From NCBI GenBank assembly GCA_040905465.1, contig JBBDRK010000058.1:1-18155 (forward strand): a stretch of 18,155 bases of DNA, in the 5' to 3' direction. The position numbers and the translations under genes are program-made. The notes under the pieces are model-generated. The model searched no databases. It was given only the letters and a program-made list of their open reading frames with translations, and was not told where the DNA came from. Positions 1 through 8,987 of this stretch are shown in pieces (the first letter of the stretch is position 1; every line of letters starts with the position of its first letter). The stretch is from Trueperaceae bacterium (GTDB lineage: Bacteria; Deinococcota; Deinococci; Deinococcales; Trueperaceae).

Positions 1-1
1 C

Positions 2-736
2 AGCGTGGTGCTGGCGGGGGTGCTCCTGAAGCTCGGTAGCTACGGGCTGGTGCGCTTCGCGCTGCAGATGACGCCGGAAGCCTTCCGCGCGGCCGCGCCG
101 CTGGTGGTCGCCTTGGCGGTGTTCTCGGCGCTCTACGGTGCCCTGGCGGCCTTGGCCCAGAGCGACCTGAAGCGTCTGGTCGCCTATACCAGCGTCAATC
201 ACATGGGCTACGTGGTGCTGGGAGTGGCGGCGGCCGCGGCGGCTATCGATGCGCCATCCCGCGCGTTGGCGCTGGATGGCGCTGTGCTGCAGATGGTCAG
301 CCACGGGATCGTCACCGGAGCGCTGTTCCTCCTCGTGGGAATGCTCGAGGACCGCACCGGCACCAGGGAGATGAACGATTTCCGCGGGCTGCTCCGAAGC
401 GTTCCGCTGCTCGGCTGGGGGTTCGTGCTGGCAGCGTTCGCCTCGTTGGGGCTGCCGGGACTGGCGCACTTCCCGGCGGAGTTCCAGGTCTTCCTGGGCA
501 CCTTCGGCGTCTACCCGCTGGCGGCGGCGCTGGCGCTGTTGGGTATCGTGATCACGGCCGGGCTCTATCTGCGCGCGATACAGGTGGCGTTCCTCGGCGA
601 TCCGGCGGAACGCTGGCGTGACCTCACGGACCTCGGGGCACGTGAGCTGTGGGCCGTTGGTCCGCTGCTGCTGCTGACCATCGTGCTCGGTGTCGCGCCG
701 AGGCTGCTGCTCGACCTGATCAGCAGAGCCGGTTAG
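2..736 (+). CDS. nuoM: NADH-quinone oxidoreductase subunit M-like proton-conducting membrane subunit (5'-truncated by window edge)
   Basis: Hydrophobic ORF with NuoM/MrpD-family motifs LAGVLLKLGSYG, DLKRLVAYTSVNHMG, MVSHG, ASLGLPGL..F.AEF; frame is open from the window start. Confidence 0.85.
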   Translation, partial: SVVLAGVLLKLGSYGLVRFALQMTPEAFRAAAPLVVALAVFSALYGALAALAQSDLKRLVAYTSVNHMGYVVLGVAAAAAAIDAPSRALALDGAVLQMVSHGIVTGALFLLVGMLEDRTGTREMNDFRGLLRSVPLLGWGFVLAAFASLGLPGLAHFPAEFQVFLGTFGVYPLAAALALLGIVITAGLYLRAIQVAFLGDPAERWRDLTDLGARELWAVGPLLLLTIVLGVAPRLLLDLISRAG

Positions 737-783
737 TCGCCCCTGATGACGGGACGCCGCCGGTGACTCCAGCCGCAAGCGAG

Positions 784-2166
784 ATGCAGATGGCTCGGGA
801 CCTGGCATTGCTGAGCCCGGAGCTCACGCTGCTGATTGCGGCGGCGCTGGCGCTGGTCGCCGAGATGCTGCGCCGGCCACTTTGGTCGTTCTCCCTGGCG
901 CTCGCCGGGATGCTGGTCGCGACCGGCGCCACGGTGCCGCTCATCGGCCTCGATACTACCGTCTTCATGGAGACCTACCGGGTGGACGCGTTGGCCGTGT
1001 GGGCGAAGCTGGTGCTGCTGCCGGCCGCCGCCCTGGCACTTGTGCTGATGCGTCCGGAACTGCGTGGGCATGAGCGCGAGGGAACCGTGTACAGCCTGCT
1101 CGCTTTCACTACCCTCGGGGCGCTCATCCTCGCCGGCGTCGGCGATCTGATGCTGGTGGTGCTCGGGGTGCTCCTCGCCAGCCTGGGCTCGTTCGCGCTC
1201 GTCGCAATCCGCCAGGACGATCGCTCGACCGAGGCGGCCATGAAGTACTTCGTCTTCGGTTCGGTCACCGGCGCCCTGATGGCGTTCGGCCTGACCTACT
1301 GGTTCGGCGCGACCGGCTCCACGCTGCTCTCCGAGCTGGGCCGGCTGGAGGCGCTGCGGTTCGCCGGCGTCGCCGGGCTGCTCGGCTTGATCGCCGGCCT
1401 CGGCTACAAGGCGGCGGTCGCCCCCTTCCACTTCTGGGCGCCAGACGCCTACGACGGGGCGCCATTGGCGGTGGCGGCGTATCTGTCGGTGGTGCCGAAG
1501 GTCGGCGCGCTGTTCGCGCTGGCGCAGGTCGCGCAGGGCCTTCCCGAAGTGCTGGGCTGGCGCTGGGCGCTGGCGTTGCTGGCGGTGCTCTCGATGACCT
1601 ACGGGAACCTGGCGGCGTTGACCCAGGTCAATCTCGTGCGGCTGCTGGCGTACTCCTCGATCGCTCAGTCGGGCTACCTCCTGTTGGGCGTCGTCGCCTT
1701 GGGACGAAGCGAGCTGGCAATCGCGTCGCTGGTCGTATTCGCCGCTGCCTACGCGGCCATGAACTTAGGAGCGTTCGCCGTGGTCGCGCAAGTCGGCCGT
1801 GACCTGGAGGACTTCGCCGGGGTCGGCCGCTCGCCGGGCTTGGCGGGGGCGTGGCTGGGCGCCGCGATGGTGGTGTTCCTGCTCTCGCTGGTCGGCATTC
1901 CACCCCTGGCCGGCTTCGCCGGTAAGCTGCTGCTGTTCGGTGCCGCCATCGATGCCGGCTTCGCCTGGCTGGCGCTGGTCGCCATCCTGAACAGCGTGCT
2001 GTCGCTGGCGGTGTATCTGCGGATCGTGGTGGTGATGTACCGGCCGACGGTCGTGCAGCTCCCGGCATCGCGTCCGGCGCTGCTCGTTTCCGGCCTGACT
2101 CTGTTCCTGACGCTCGCCATCGGCTTGGGCATGGAAGCGCTTTTGGCCGCGCTGGGATTGTCCTGA
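784..2166 (+). CDS. nuoN: NADH-quinone oxidoreductase subunit N-like proton-conducting membrane subunit
   Basis: NuoN motifs EAAMKYFVFGS, GYKAAVAPFHFWAPDAYDGAP, RLLAYSSIAQ, SLVGIPPLAGFAGK. Start uncertain (GTG 763, ATG 784 or 790); the ORF-track start at 649 overlaps nuoM and is unlikely. Confidence 0.85.
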   Translation: MQMARDLALLSPELTLLIAAALALVAEMLRRPLWSFSLALAGMLVATGATVPLIGLDTTVFMETYRVDALAVWAKLVLLPAAALALVLMRPELRGHEREGTVYSLLAFTTLGALILAGVGDLMLVVLGVLLASLGSFALVAIRQDDRSTEAAMKYFVFGSVTGALMAFGLTYWFGATGSTLLSELGRLEALRFAGVAGLLGLIAGLGYKAAVAPFHFWAPDAYDGAPLAVAAYLSVVPKVGALFALAQVAQGLPEVLGWRWALALLAVLSMTYGNLAALTQVNLVRLLAYSSIAQSGYLLLGVVALGRSELAIASLVVFAAAYAAMNLGAFAVVAQVGRDLEDFAGVGRSPGLAGAWLGAAMVVFLLSLVGIPPLAGFAGKLLLFGAAIDAGFAWLALVAILNSVLSLAVYLRIVVVMYRPTVVQLPASRPALLVSGLTLFLTLAIGLGMEALLAALGLS

Positions 2167-2289
2167 CCGGGGCACCCGGTCCTCCATAAAGTAGGCGAGC
2201 ATCTCGTTCGGCGCCACCGCCGGCTGCTTGAGCTCGGGCTGACGCAAGGCGCGGTTGAGCGCGCATCCCTGAAGGAGCACCCTCGCGGC

Positions 2290-2511
2290 TCAGGCACCGA
2301 TGTCGGTACCCTCCGGCTCCGTGGTACCCTCCACCACCCTCACCGCCAAGCGGCTACTGTGCTCGCCCCGGTCGATGTCGGCTATCACCGCGCTGCCCTC
2401 CTGAACCTCTGCGGGGAGCCAAGCGGCCGGTACCTGGAAGGAGTGCCCGTCCCGGCTGCGCAGGGTGGCGCACCCGGCTTCCAGGTGGACGACTATGAGG
2501 TGCTGACTCAT
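2290..2511 (-). CDS. Small hypothetical protein, DUF3006-like (73 aa)
   Basis: MSQHLIVVHLEAGCATLRSRDGHSFQVPAAWLPAEVQEGSAV resembles the DUF3006 pattern (A.L...dG..f.vP..wLP....EG.v); start placed at ATG 2511 rather than 2712; TAGACT -10-like box at 2527-2522. Confidence 0.6.
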   Translation of the reverse strand: MSQHLIVVHLEAGCATLRSRDGHSFQVPAAWLPAEVQEGSAVIADIDRGEHSSRLAVRVVEGTTEPEGTDIGA

Positions 2512-2576
2512 TCCTAAGCGAAGTCTAGGGCGGCGCCCGCTCCGACACAGGAAGCAACGATCAAATCGAATGGATC

Positions 2577-2610
2577 GAGGGGCGGAGCGCCCGATGGCGT
2601 TCCGCCCCTC
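2577..2610. terminator. Strong GC-rich hairpin, probable terminator downstream of hppA
   Basis: GAGGGGCGGAGCGCC-CGAT-GGCGTTCCGCCCCTC: 15-bp stem with a single G-T pair; no clean U-tract. Confidence 0.5.
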
Positions 2611-2766
2611 ATCGATAAGCCCCAACTCCGACAAGGTCCAACTTCCCATAGCCCCGCCGGGCCGAATCGAGTCGACACAGTCGGCGAGTCGCCTCAGCTC
2701 GCGTATGCGCACGCGTTCGTAGCCGAGGAGAAAGGGGCAGTGCCGGCTGGGTGCCAGCGGAGCCGG

Positions 2767-4848
2767 CTACATCAGGATGCCGCCGACCGAAGCGATAACG
2801 GTCGCGAAGATCAGCGACACGGTGTTGATCACCTTGATCAGCGGGTTGATCGACGGACCGGCCGTGTCCTTGTAGGGATCGCCCACGGTGTCGCCGACGA
2901 CCGAGGCAGCGTGGGCGTCGGAGCCCTTGCCGCCGTAGTTGCCGTCCTCGATGTACTTCTTGGCATTGTCCCAGGCGCCGCCGCCGTTGGACATCATCAG
3001 CGCCATCATCAGGCCCGAGGCGATGACGCCGATCAGCAGGCCGCCCAACGCCAGCGGCCCGAACAGGAAGCCGACGATGAGTGGTGCCACTACTGCCAGG
3101 ATGCCTGGCAGCACCAGTTCGCGCAGAGCGGCGGCGGTGACGATGTCCACCGCACGGCCGTAATCGGGCTTGGCGGTGCGCTCCATGATTCCCGGAATCT
3201 CGCGGAACTGCCGGCGCACCTCTTCGATCACGCTGCCGGCGGCCTTGCCGACCGACTCCATCAGCAGAGCGCTGAACAGGAAGGGCAGCATGGCACCGAT
3301 GAGCAGTCCCACCAGGACGATCGGGTCGTTCAGCATGAAGCCCTGCTCGAGGTCGAGCCGTTCGGCGTAGTCGGCGAACAGGACCAGCGCGGCCAAGGCC
3401 GCGGAACCGATTGCGAAGCCCTTGGTCACCGCCTTGGTGGTGTTGCCCACGGCGTCGAGGGCGTCGGTGTTCTGCCGAACCTCGTCCGGCAGGTCGGCCA
3501 TCTCGGCGATGCCGCCGGCGTTGTCGGTGATGGGGCCGTAGGTGTCCATGGCGACGATCATTCCGGTCACCGAAAGCATCGCGACCGCCGCGATGGCGAT
3601 CCCGTAGAGCCCGGACAACACGAAGGCAACGAAGATGGCGAGCACCAGGACGATAACCGGCCAGGCAGTCGACTGCATTCCCACTGCCAGACCGCTGATG
3701 ATGTTGGTGGCCGCGCCTGTTTCCGAAGCCTTGGCGACTCGCTGCACCGGCGCGAAACGGGTGCCGGTGTAGAACTCGGTGATGAACATGATCAGTATCG
3801 TTACGACGATGCCCACCACGCTGGCCCCGAAGATGCTCCAGGCGTTGCCGGCACTCGGCAGTTGTGAGAAGTCGAAGGTGCGGAACATCAGCAAGGTAGC
3901 GAACAAAAAGCCCACTACGCTGAGAATTGCGCTGGCGAATACGCCCCGGTAGAGCGCCGCCATGATGTTTCCGTCGGGAGCGAGCCGCACGAAGGCGACC
4001 CCCACGATCGAGGCGATGATAGCGATGGCTCCGAGCACCAGCGGGTACACCACCAGTGCCGAGATGGTGTCGGTGCCGGGCAGCAGGAAGCCGAGGAAAA
4101 CCGCGCCGATGGCGGTGACAGCGTAGGTCTCGAACAGGTCGGCGCCCATCCCGGCGCAATCCCCTACGTTGTCGCCCACGTTGTCGGCGATGACCGCCGG
4201 GTTACGCGGGTCGTCTTCGGGGATCCCTGCTTCTACCTTGCCCACCAGGTCGGCGCCCACGTCCGCTGCTTTCGTGTAGATGCCGCCGCCCACCCGCGCG
4301 AACAACGAGATGAGGCTCGCGCCGAAGGCGAAGCCGACCAGCGGTTCGACCGGGTTCGGCAGATCGAGCACCACGAAGAAGAGCCAGAAGAAGCCGGCCA
4401 CGCCCAGAAGTGCCAGGCCGGCGACCGCCAGGCCAGCTACAGCTCCGCCGTTGAATGCAATGCGAAGAGCGCCGTCGAGGCCGCTGCGGGCCGCCTGGGC
4501 GACCCTGACGTTGGCCCGGACTGCGATGTTCATGCCGATGTAGCCGCTGACTGCCGAGAACAGCGCGCCCACCGCGAAGCCGGCGGTGGTCCACCACCAC
4601 TGCGTGGCGGCCTCGCCGCTGCTTGCCAGCGCGATGACTGCGAAGATGGCGACGATGACCACCGCAACATAGAGGATCGTGCGGTATTGCCGGTTCATGT
4701 AGGCGGAGGCGCCCGCCCGTACCGCATCCGAGATCTCGACCATCGCCGGGTTGCCGGTTTCCGCTTTGATTATGCGCTGGGCGATAACGCCGGCCGCCAC
4801 CAGCGCGGCGATCGCCGCCAGCGGTATCAGAATAATAAGTCCGTCCAT
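2767..4848 (-). CDS. hppA: Membrane-bound ion-translocating pyrophosphatase, K+-independent (H+-PPase) type, 693 aa
   Basis: Signature motifs [75 protein letters not shown] upstream of ATG 4848. Confidence 0.95.
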   Translation of the reverse strand: MDGLIILIPLAAIAALVAAGVIAQRIIKAETGNPAMVEISDAVRAGASAYMNRQYRTILYVAVVIVAIFAVIALASSGEAATQWWWTTAGFAVGALFSAVSGYIGMNIAVRANVRVAQAARSGLDGALRIAFNGGAVAGLAVAGLALLGVAGFFWLFFVVLDLPNPVEPLVGFAFGASLISLFARVGGGIYTKAADVGADLVGKVEAGIPEDDPRNPAVIADNVGDNVGDCAGMGADLFETYAVTAIGAVFLGFLLPGTDTISALVVYPLVLGAIAIIASIVGVAFVRLAPDGNIMAALYRGVFASAILSVVGFLFATLLMFRTFDFSQLPSAGNAWSIFGASVVGIVVTILIMFITEFYTGTRFAPVQRVAKASETGAATNIISGLAVGMQSTAWPVIVLVLAIFVAFVLSGLYGIAIAAVAMLSVTGMIVAMDTYGPITDNAGGIAEMADLPDEVRQNTDALDAVGNTTKAVTKGFAIGSAALAALVLFADYAERLDLEQGFMLNDPIVLVGLLIGAMLPFLFSALLMESVGKAAGSVIEEVRRQFREIPGIMERTAKPDYGRAVDIVTAAALRELVLPGILAVVAPLIVGFLFGPLALGGLLIGVIASGLMMALMMSNGGGAWDNAKKYIEDGNYGGKGSDAHAASVVGDTVGDPYKDTAGPSINPLIKVINTVSLIFATVIASVGGILM

Positions 4849-4906
4849 TGGCCCTCCTGAGGCACGCGCGGCATGCGGTCGGGCCGCATGAAACGCAATC
4901 CGAAAA

Positions 4907-4915
4907 AGTCTAACA
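4907..4915 (-). promoter_or_regulatory. Putative extended -10 promoter of hppA (TG-T-TAGACT)
   Basis: Minus strand reads TGTTAGACT about 60 nt upstream of the hppA start; a CATGCGG/CCGCATG hairpin (4872-4890) lies in the predicted 5' UTR. Confidence 0.45.
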
Positions 4916-5006
4916 CGGCTCTCATGCTTGCCTGCACCGCCGAAGGCGAACCGATCGTGCAACCGTTTCCGTGACGGCGTCGGCGATTTCGGTGCTCGGC
5001 CGGTGG

Positions 5007-5015
5007 TGGTAGTGT
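5007..5015 (+). promoter_or_regulatory. Putative extended -10 promoter of pgm (TG-G-TAGTGT)
   Basis: TGnTAnnnT match about 40 nt upstream of ATG 5057; AGGAGG RBS at 5043-5048. Confidence 0.35.
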
Positions 5016-5056
5016 GGTGTTCTTCGTTGCCCCCGAGCGGCTAGGAGGCAGAACAG

Positions 5057-6778
5057 ATGAGTACTCATCCCCTGGCAGGCAAGCCTGCTCCGTCAGACCT
5101 GCTCGTCAACGTCCCGCGGCTGGTTTCGGCCTTCTATTCGGAGACTCCCGATCCCAACGACGCCGGCCAACGGGTGTCGTTCGGCACCTCGGGGCATCGC
5201 GGCAGTTCACGGCTCGGTTCGTTCAACGAAGCCCACATCCTGGCGATAAGCCAGGCGGTCGCCGACTACCGCCGTCGGCAAGGGTTCTCGGGGCCGCTGT
5301 TCGTGGGCATGGACACGCACGCTCTGTCGGAGCCCGCCATGCGGACGGCGGTCGAGGTCCTGGTTGCCAACGACGTCGCCGTCGTTCTGCCTGCCGACCT
5401 GGGCTACACGCCGACCCCGGTCATCTCGCACGCGATCCTCGAGCACAACCGGGACGATCGAGATCGGCAGCATCAAGATCGGCGCGGTCGCGATTCTAAC
5501 GGTCGCGAGCGGCCGGTCGGCAACAGGCGAACACGCGAGCGTGCCGACGGAATAGTCATTACGCCCTCCCACAACCCGCCGGAGGACGGCGGCTTCAAAT
5601 ACAACCCGCCCCACGGCGGTCCGGCCGGCACCGACGCGACCGATTGGATCGAGAGGCGGGCAAACGAGCTGTTGGACGGCGATTGCCGGGACGTGCTCAG
5701 GGTGCCATGGTCGCGGGCCCTGGCCTCGGAACGGCTGGTGCGCCGCGATTTCATCACGCCCTATGTGGACGACCTGGCCGAGGTCGTGGACCTGGAGGCG
5801 ATCGCCGCGGCAGGCCTGCGAATAGGCGTCGATCCGATGGGGGGCGCCGGTCTGCACTTCTGGGAGCCGATCGCCGAACGCTACCGGCTCGACCTGACGG
5901 TCGTCAACGACCGGGCCGATCCCACGTTCGCGTTCATGACCGTCGACAAGGACGGCAAGATCCGCATGGACTGCTCGTCGCCGCACGCGATGGCGAGCCT
6001 CATCAGGTTGAAAGACGAGTTCGATATCGCCTTCGGCAACGACCCGGACTTCGACCGTCACGGGATCGTGACGCCGGGCGGTTTGATGAACCCCAACCAC
6101 TATCTGTCGGTCGCCGTGGAGTATCTGTTCGACAATCGCCCGGGATGGCCGGGTGGCGCCGCAGTTGGCAAGACGCTGGTGTCGACCTCGATGCTCGACC
6201 GGGTGGCTGCATCCCTGGGCCGCGAGCTGCTCGAGGTGCCGGTGGGCTTCAAGTGGTTCGTCGACGGGCTGCTGGATGCAAGCTGCGGGTTCGGTGGCGA
6301 GGAGAGCGCGGGAGCCTCGTTCCTGCGCCGCGACGGCACGGTCTGGACCACCGACAAGGACGGTTTCATCCTCGCCTTGCTGGCCGCGGAGATCACCGCC
6401 GTCACCGGGCAGGACCCCAGCGAGCGCTACCGGTTGCTGGAGACGCGGTTCGGGGCGCCGGTGTACCGGCGATCAGAGGCTCCCGCCAACGACGACCAGA
6501 AGAGGGTGCTCGCCGACCTGGACGCGTCGGCTGTAAGCGCCGACGGTCTTGCCGGCGAGGAGATCGTTGCCAAGTTGACCAGGGCTCCCGGCAACGGTGC
6601 GCCGATCGGCGGCTTGAAGGTGGTGACCAAGAACGGCTGGTTCGCCGCGCGTCCTTCCGGAACCGAAGCGATCTACAAGATCTATGCCGAGAGTTTCCGG
6701 GGCGAAGAGCATCTGAGCGAGATCGTCAGCGAGGCGCAGGATATCGTGCGGGGTGCCTTCGACGGGGCGGGCGTATGA
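5057..6778 (+). CDS. pgm: Phosphoglucomutase (alpha-D-glucose-1,6-bisphosphate-dependent)
   Basis: FGTSGHRG, catalytic TPSHNP, metal-binding DPDFDR, sugar-binding GEESAG, C-terminal [14 protein letters not shown]; good RBS. Confidence 0.95.
   Translation: MSTHPLAGKPAPSDLLVNVPRLVSAFYSETPDPNDAGQRVSFGTSGHRGSSRLGSFNEAHILAISQAVADYRRRQGFSGPLFVGMDTHALSEPAMRTAVEVLVANDVAVVLPADLGYTPTPVISHAILEHNRDDRDRQHQDRRGRDSNGRERPVGNRRTRERADGIVITPSHNPPEDGGFKYNPPHGGPAGTDATDWIERRANELLDGDCRDVLRVPWSRALASERLVRRDFITPYVDDLAEVVDLEAIAAAGLRIGVDPMGGAGLHFWEPIAERYRLDLTVVNDRADPTFAFMTVDKDGKIRMDCSSPHAMASLIRLKDEFDIAFGNDPDFDRHGIVTPGGLMNPNHYLSVAVEYLFDNRPGWPGGAAVGKTLVSTSMLDRVAASLGRELLEVPVGFKWFVDGLLDASCGFGGEESAGASFLRRDGTVWTTDKDGFILALLAAEITAVTGQDPSERYRLLETRFGAPVYRRSEAPANDDQKRVLADLDASAVSADGLAGEEIVAKLTRAPGNGAPIGGLKVVTKNGWFAARPSGTEAIYKIYAESFRGEEHLSEIVSEAQDIVRGAFDGAGV
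5444..5548 (+). repeat. Degenerate in-frame 15-bp tandem repeat within pgm
   Basis: Units CACAACCGGGACGAT / CGAGATCGGCAGCAT / CAAGATCGGCGCGGT / CGCGATTCTAACGGT / CGCGAGCGGCCGGTC / GGCAACAGGCGAACA / CGCGAGCGTGCCGAC. Confidence 0.5.
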
Positions 6779-6832
6779 CGATATGCCGTGTTGCCTACCA
6801 TCGGCTCGGCCGAATTGGCTTATCGTTGAGGA

Positions 6833-7114
6833 ATGCAGGCGAATTCGGAAACAGGCGTGGGACTCGGGCAAAACATGAGATTCAGCGACATCGTGATCGA
6901 TGACCCCAACATCAGCCTTGCTGCCAAGGGGGTTTTCTCCACGCTCGGCTTGATGGGGAACAGCTGCTCCGTCGCTGAGTTGACGAGTCGCACCAGTGAC
7001 GACCGGCAGGTGGTGCGCTCCGCGCTCGAAGAACTCGAGCGGGCCGGTTATGTCGAGGTAAGCAACGAAACCGTCCGCGTCCAGAGCACCGGCAGTTTCG
7101 GCGTAGCGCCCTGA
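6833..7114 (+). CDS. Small stand-alone winged helix-turn-helix protein (93 aa; 79 aa if started at ATG 6875)
   Basis: DPNISLAAKGVFSTL...SVAELTSRTSDDRQVVRSALEELERAGYVEV is a wHTH pattern; TATCGT -10-like box 6 nt before ATG 6833. Confidence 0.7.
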   Translation: MQANSETGVGLGQNMRFSDIVIDDPNISLAAKGVFSTLGLMGNSCSVAELTSRTSDDRQVVRSALEELERAGYVEVSNETVRVQSTGSFGVAP

Positions 7115-7121
7115 CGTCCGG

Positions 7122-7451
7122 TCACAGCCGGACGAACGATTCCACGTCGAGCACGAACACGATCGCGCCGCCGACAGGTACCTCTACCGGTGGCCCGGCG
7201 AACGTCGCTTCCGGCGCGTGGAACGGGCTGCCTCCGGGGATCACGCGGGTACGCTCGCGGCAGGTGTCGTGTATCAAGCCCTTCACCTGCTCTACGTCGG
7301 CATCCTCGACGCCTACCAGCAGCGTCGTGTTGCCCTCGCGAAGAAAGCCTCCGGTAGAGGCCAACTTGGTAGACTGAAAGCCGGCCTCATTGAGGGCCTG
7401 CTGCAGACGTCCCACGTCGGCGTCCTGCACGATGGTCAGCAGCAATTTCAT
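7122..7451 (-). CDS. darA: PII-like cyclic-di-AMP receptor (DarA/PstA/YaaQ family)
   Basis: 109 aa; MKLLLTIVQDAD, TKLASTGGFLREGNTTLLVGVED, VEVPVGGAIVFVLDVE are characteristic of the family. Confidence 0.9.
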   Translation of the reverse strand: MKLLLTIVQDADVGRLQQALNEAGFQSTKLASTGGFLREGNTTLLVGVEDADVEQVKGLIHDTCRERTRVIPGGSPFHAPEATFAGPPVEVPVGGAIVFVLDVESFVRL

Positions 7452-7576
7452 CTTGTCTCATGCTAGCACGCCGCCCGGAATCTTTCGACACTGGTGTGGG
7501 AGTGCAAGCTTCCTCGGTGGAAGGTCCTACCGTCGACCGGTCGACCGAGGAGCGAGCGGCCATGCTCAAGCGATGC

Positions 7577-8821
7577 TCAATCGGCACCGGCCAGCGAGTA
7601 TATGCGTGCCCGTCCCTGCCACAACATCAGCAGCAGCAGGACCGAGACAACCGCCCCCGACCAACTCATGATCCCGAAACCGGCGCCGGCGTATACGACC
7701 CCGCTGACAAGCGATGCGGTGGCGGCGGTCACGCCTACCAGCAGGTCGTTGACGCCTTGTGTGCGCGCCCTCTCAGACGGTGTGAGGCGGTCGCTCAGGA
7801 GTACCGAGCCACCGATGAAGCAGAGGTTCCAGCCGACTCCGAGAAGGAACAGCGATGCGATCATCGGCGCCAGGGAAACCGAGGGGATCGAGCCGAGACA
7901 GCCTATCAGGAGGGCGGTAACACCCAGCGCCAGAGTAGGCCGCCGGCCCCAGCGGTCAGCCAAGCGTCCGGTTACCGGCGAGAAGGCGAACATGCCCATC
8001 GTATGGGCGGCGATTACCAGCGAGATGGCGCCCAGCTCGTGAGCGTGGTGGTGCATGTGTAGCGAGGTCATGCCCATGACCATCACCATCACAGCATAGG
8101 AGCCGATCATCACCACCACCGCGGTCCGCACCCCCGGATCGCGGGACAGCCTCGACAACGAGCGAGCCGGGACGGCTGGGCCGACCGGGTTTTCCTGAGC
8201 GGAGATCAAGGCCGCCAGCGTCTTCGGCTCGGGACGCAGGAAGAGCGCCATGAGAACCCCGCCGGCCGCGAACAGCATCGCGCCAATGAGGTAGGGTCCC
8301 GCCAGCTCTCCCAGGCCGGCCCATGCCGTAACCCTTCCTGAGGGTGTGATCAGCAAGGGGCCGAGGATGGAGCCGACGGTGCCTCCGAGCACTACCGTGG
8401 CCACTGCTCGACCCCGCCGTGCTGCCGGATTGACCTCGGCTGCGGTGAAGCGGCTCAGCTTGAACGCGGCCTGTGCGGAGCCCATCACCGTCAGGCCGAG
8501 CACCAACAGCGGGAACGACCCTACCCCCGCCGCCGCCACGCTGCCGATCGCCCCGGCGCAACCGACCATGACAGCCAGCGTCAGGCCCCAACGACGTCCG
8601 ATCCGGTCGGTGGTAAGCGCCCAGGGGAGGGCGCTTAATGCTGCTCCGAGCTGGAACACGGCGGCCGGCAGGCCGGCGAGCGCGGATCGGCCGCTAAGTT
8701 CCGCCCCAACGATGGCTGCCACCGTCAAGCCGGCGATGACGCCGGCGGAGCCCAGGCTCTGGACGGCGAACAACGCAACGGTTATCGATCGTGCTCGCCG
8801 CTCTAGTTCGTGTGGCTCCAT
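7577..8821 (-). CDS. MFS transporter (414 aa)
   Basis: About 12 hydrophobic segments; motif A in both halves (TDRIGRRWGL, GRLADRWGRR). Start set at ATG 8821, 7 nt after a TAATCT box; the ORF-track start at 9007 overlaps the GT9 gene. Confidence 0.9.
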   Translation of the reverse strand: MEPHELERRARSITVALFAVQSLGSAGVIAGLTVAAIVGAELSGRSALAGLPAAVFQLGAALSALPWALTTDRIGRRWGLTLAVMVGCAGAIGSVAAAGVGSFPLLVLGLTVMGSAQAAFKLSRFTAAEVNPAARRGRAVATVVLGGTVGSILGPLLITPSGRVTAWAGLGELAGPYLIGAMLFAAGGVLMALFLRPEPKTLAALISAQENPVGPAVPARSLSRLSRDPGVRTAVVVMIGSYAVMVMVMGMTSLHMHHHAHELGAISLVIAAHTMGMFAFSPVTGRLADRWGRRPTLALGVTALLIGCLGSIPSVSLAPMIASLFLLGVGWNLCFIGGSVLLSDRLTPSERARTQGVNDLLVGVTAATASLVSGVVYAGAGFGIMSWSGAVVSVLLLLMLWQGRARIYSLAGAD

Positions 8822-8987
8822 GGCGAAGAGATTATCGCAATCGCCGTCGAGCGATGGTCGCGGTACGACGGCACCGTGGAGCGCAGGTGCAGGTGAGTTT
8901 CGCGCCCGCGGCCACTGTGGTGGGCAGCGTCGAGGGTGCAGCCGGAGGAGAAGACCCTGTAGTTTGCCGCCGTTTTCGCCCGACCCG

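Noticed and set aside
2167-2270. Plus-strand reading VGEHLVRRHRRLLELGLTQ, resembling an XRE HTH start
   Set aside because: No start codon or RBS, and the codons (CAT, GTT, CTT, CAC) look like antisense of the minus-strand frame.
2609-4600. Long alternative ORFs overlapping hppA (516, 375 and 132 aa)
   Set aside because: Shadow frames of a high-GC gene; Arg/His/Gly-rich with no family motifs.
7532-7545. Perfect 14-bp palindrome GTCGACCGGTCGAC
   Set aside because: Single GC-rich copy overlapping a probable MFS terminator-like stem (7511-7551); no evidence for a separate function.
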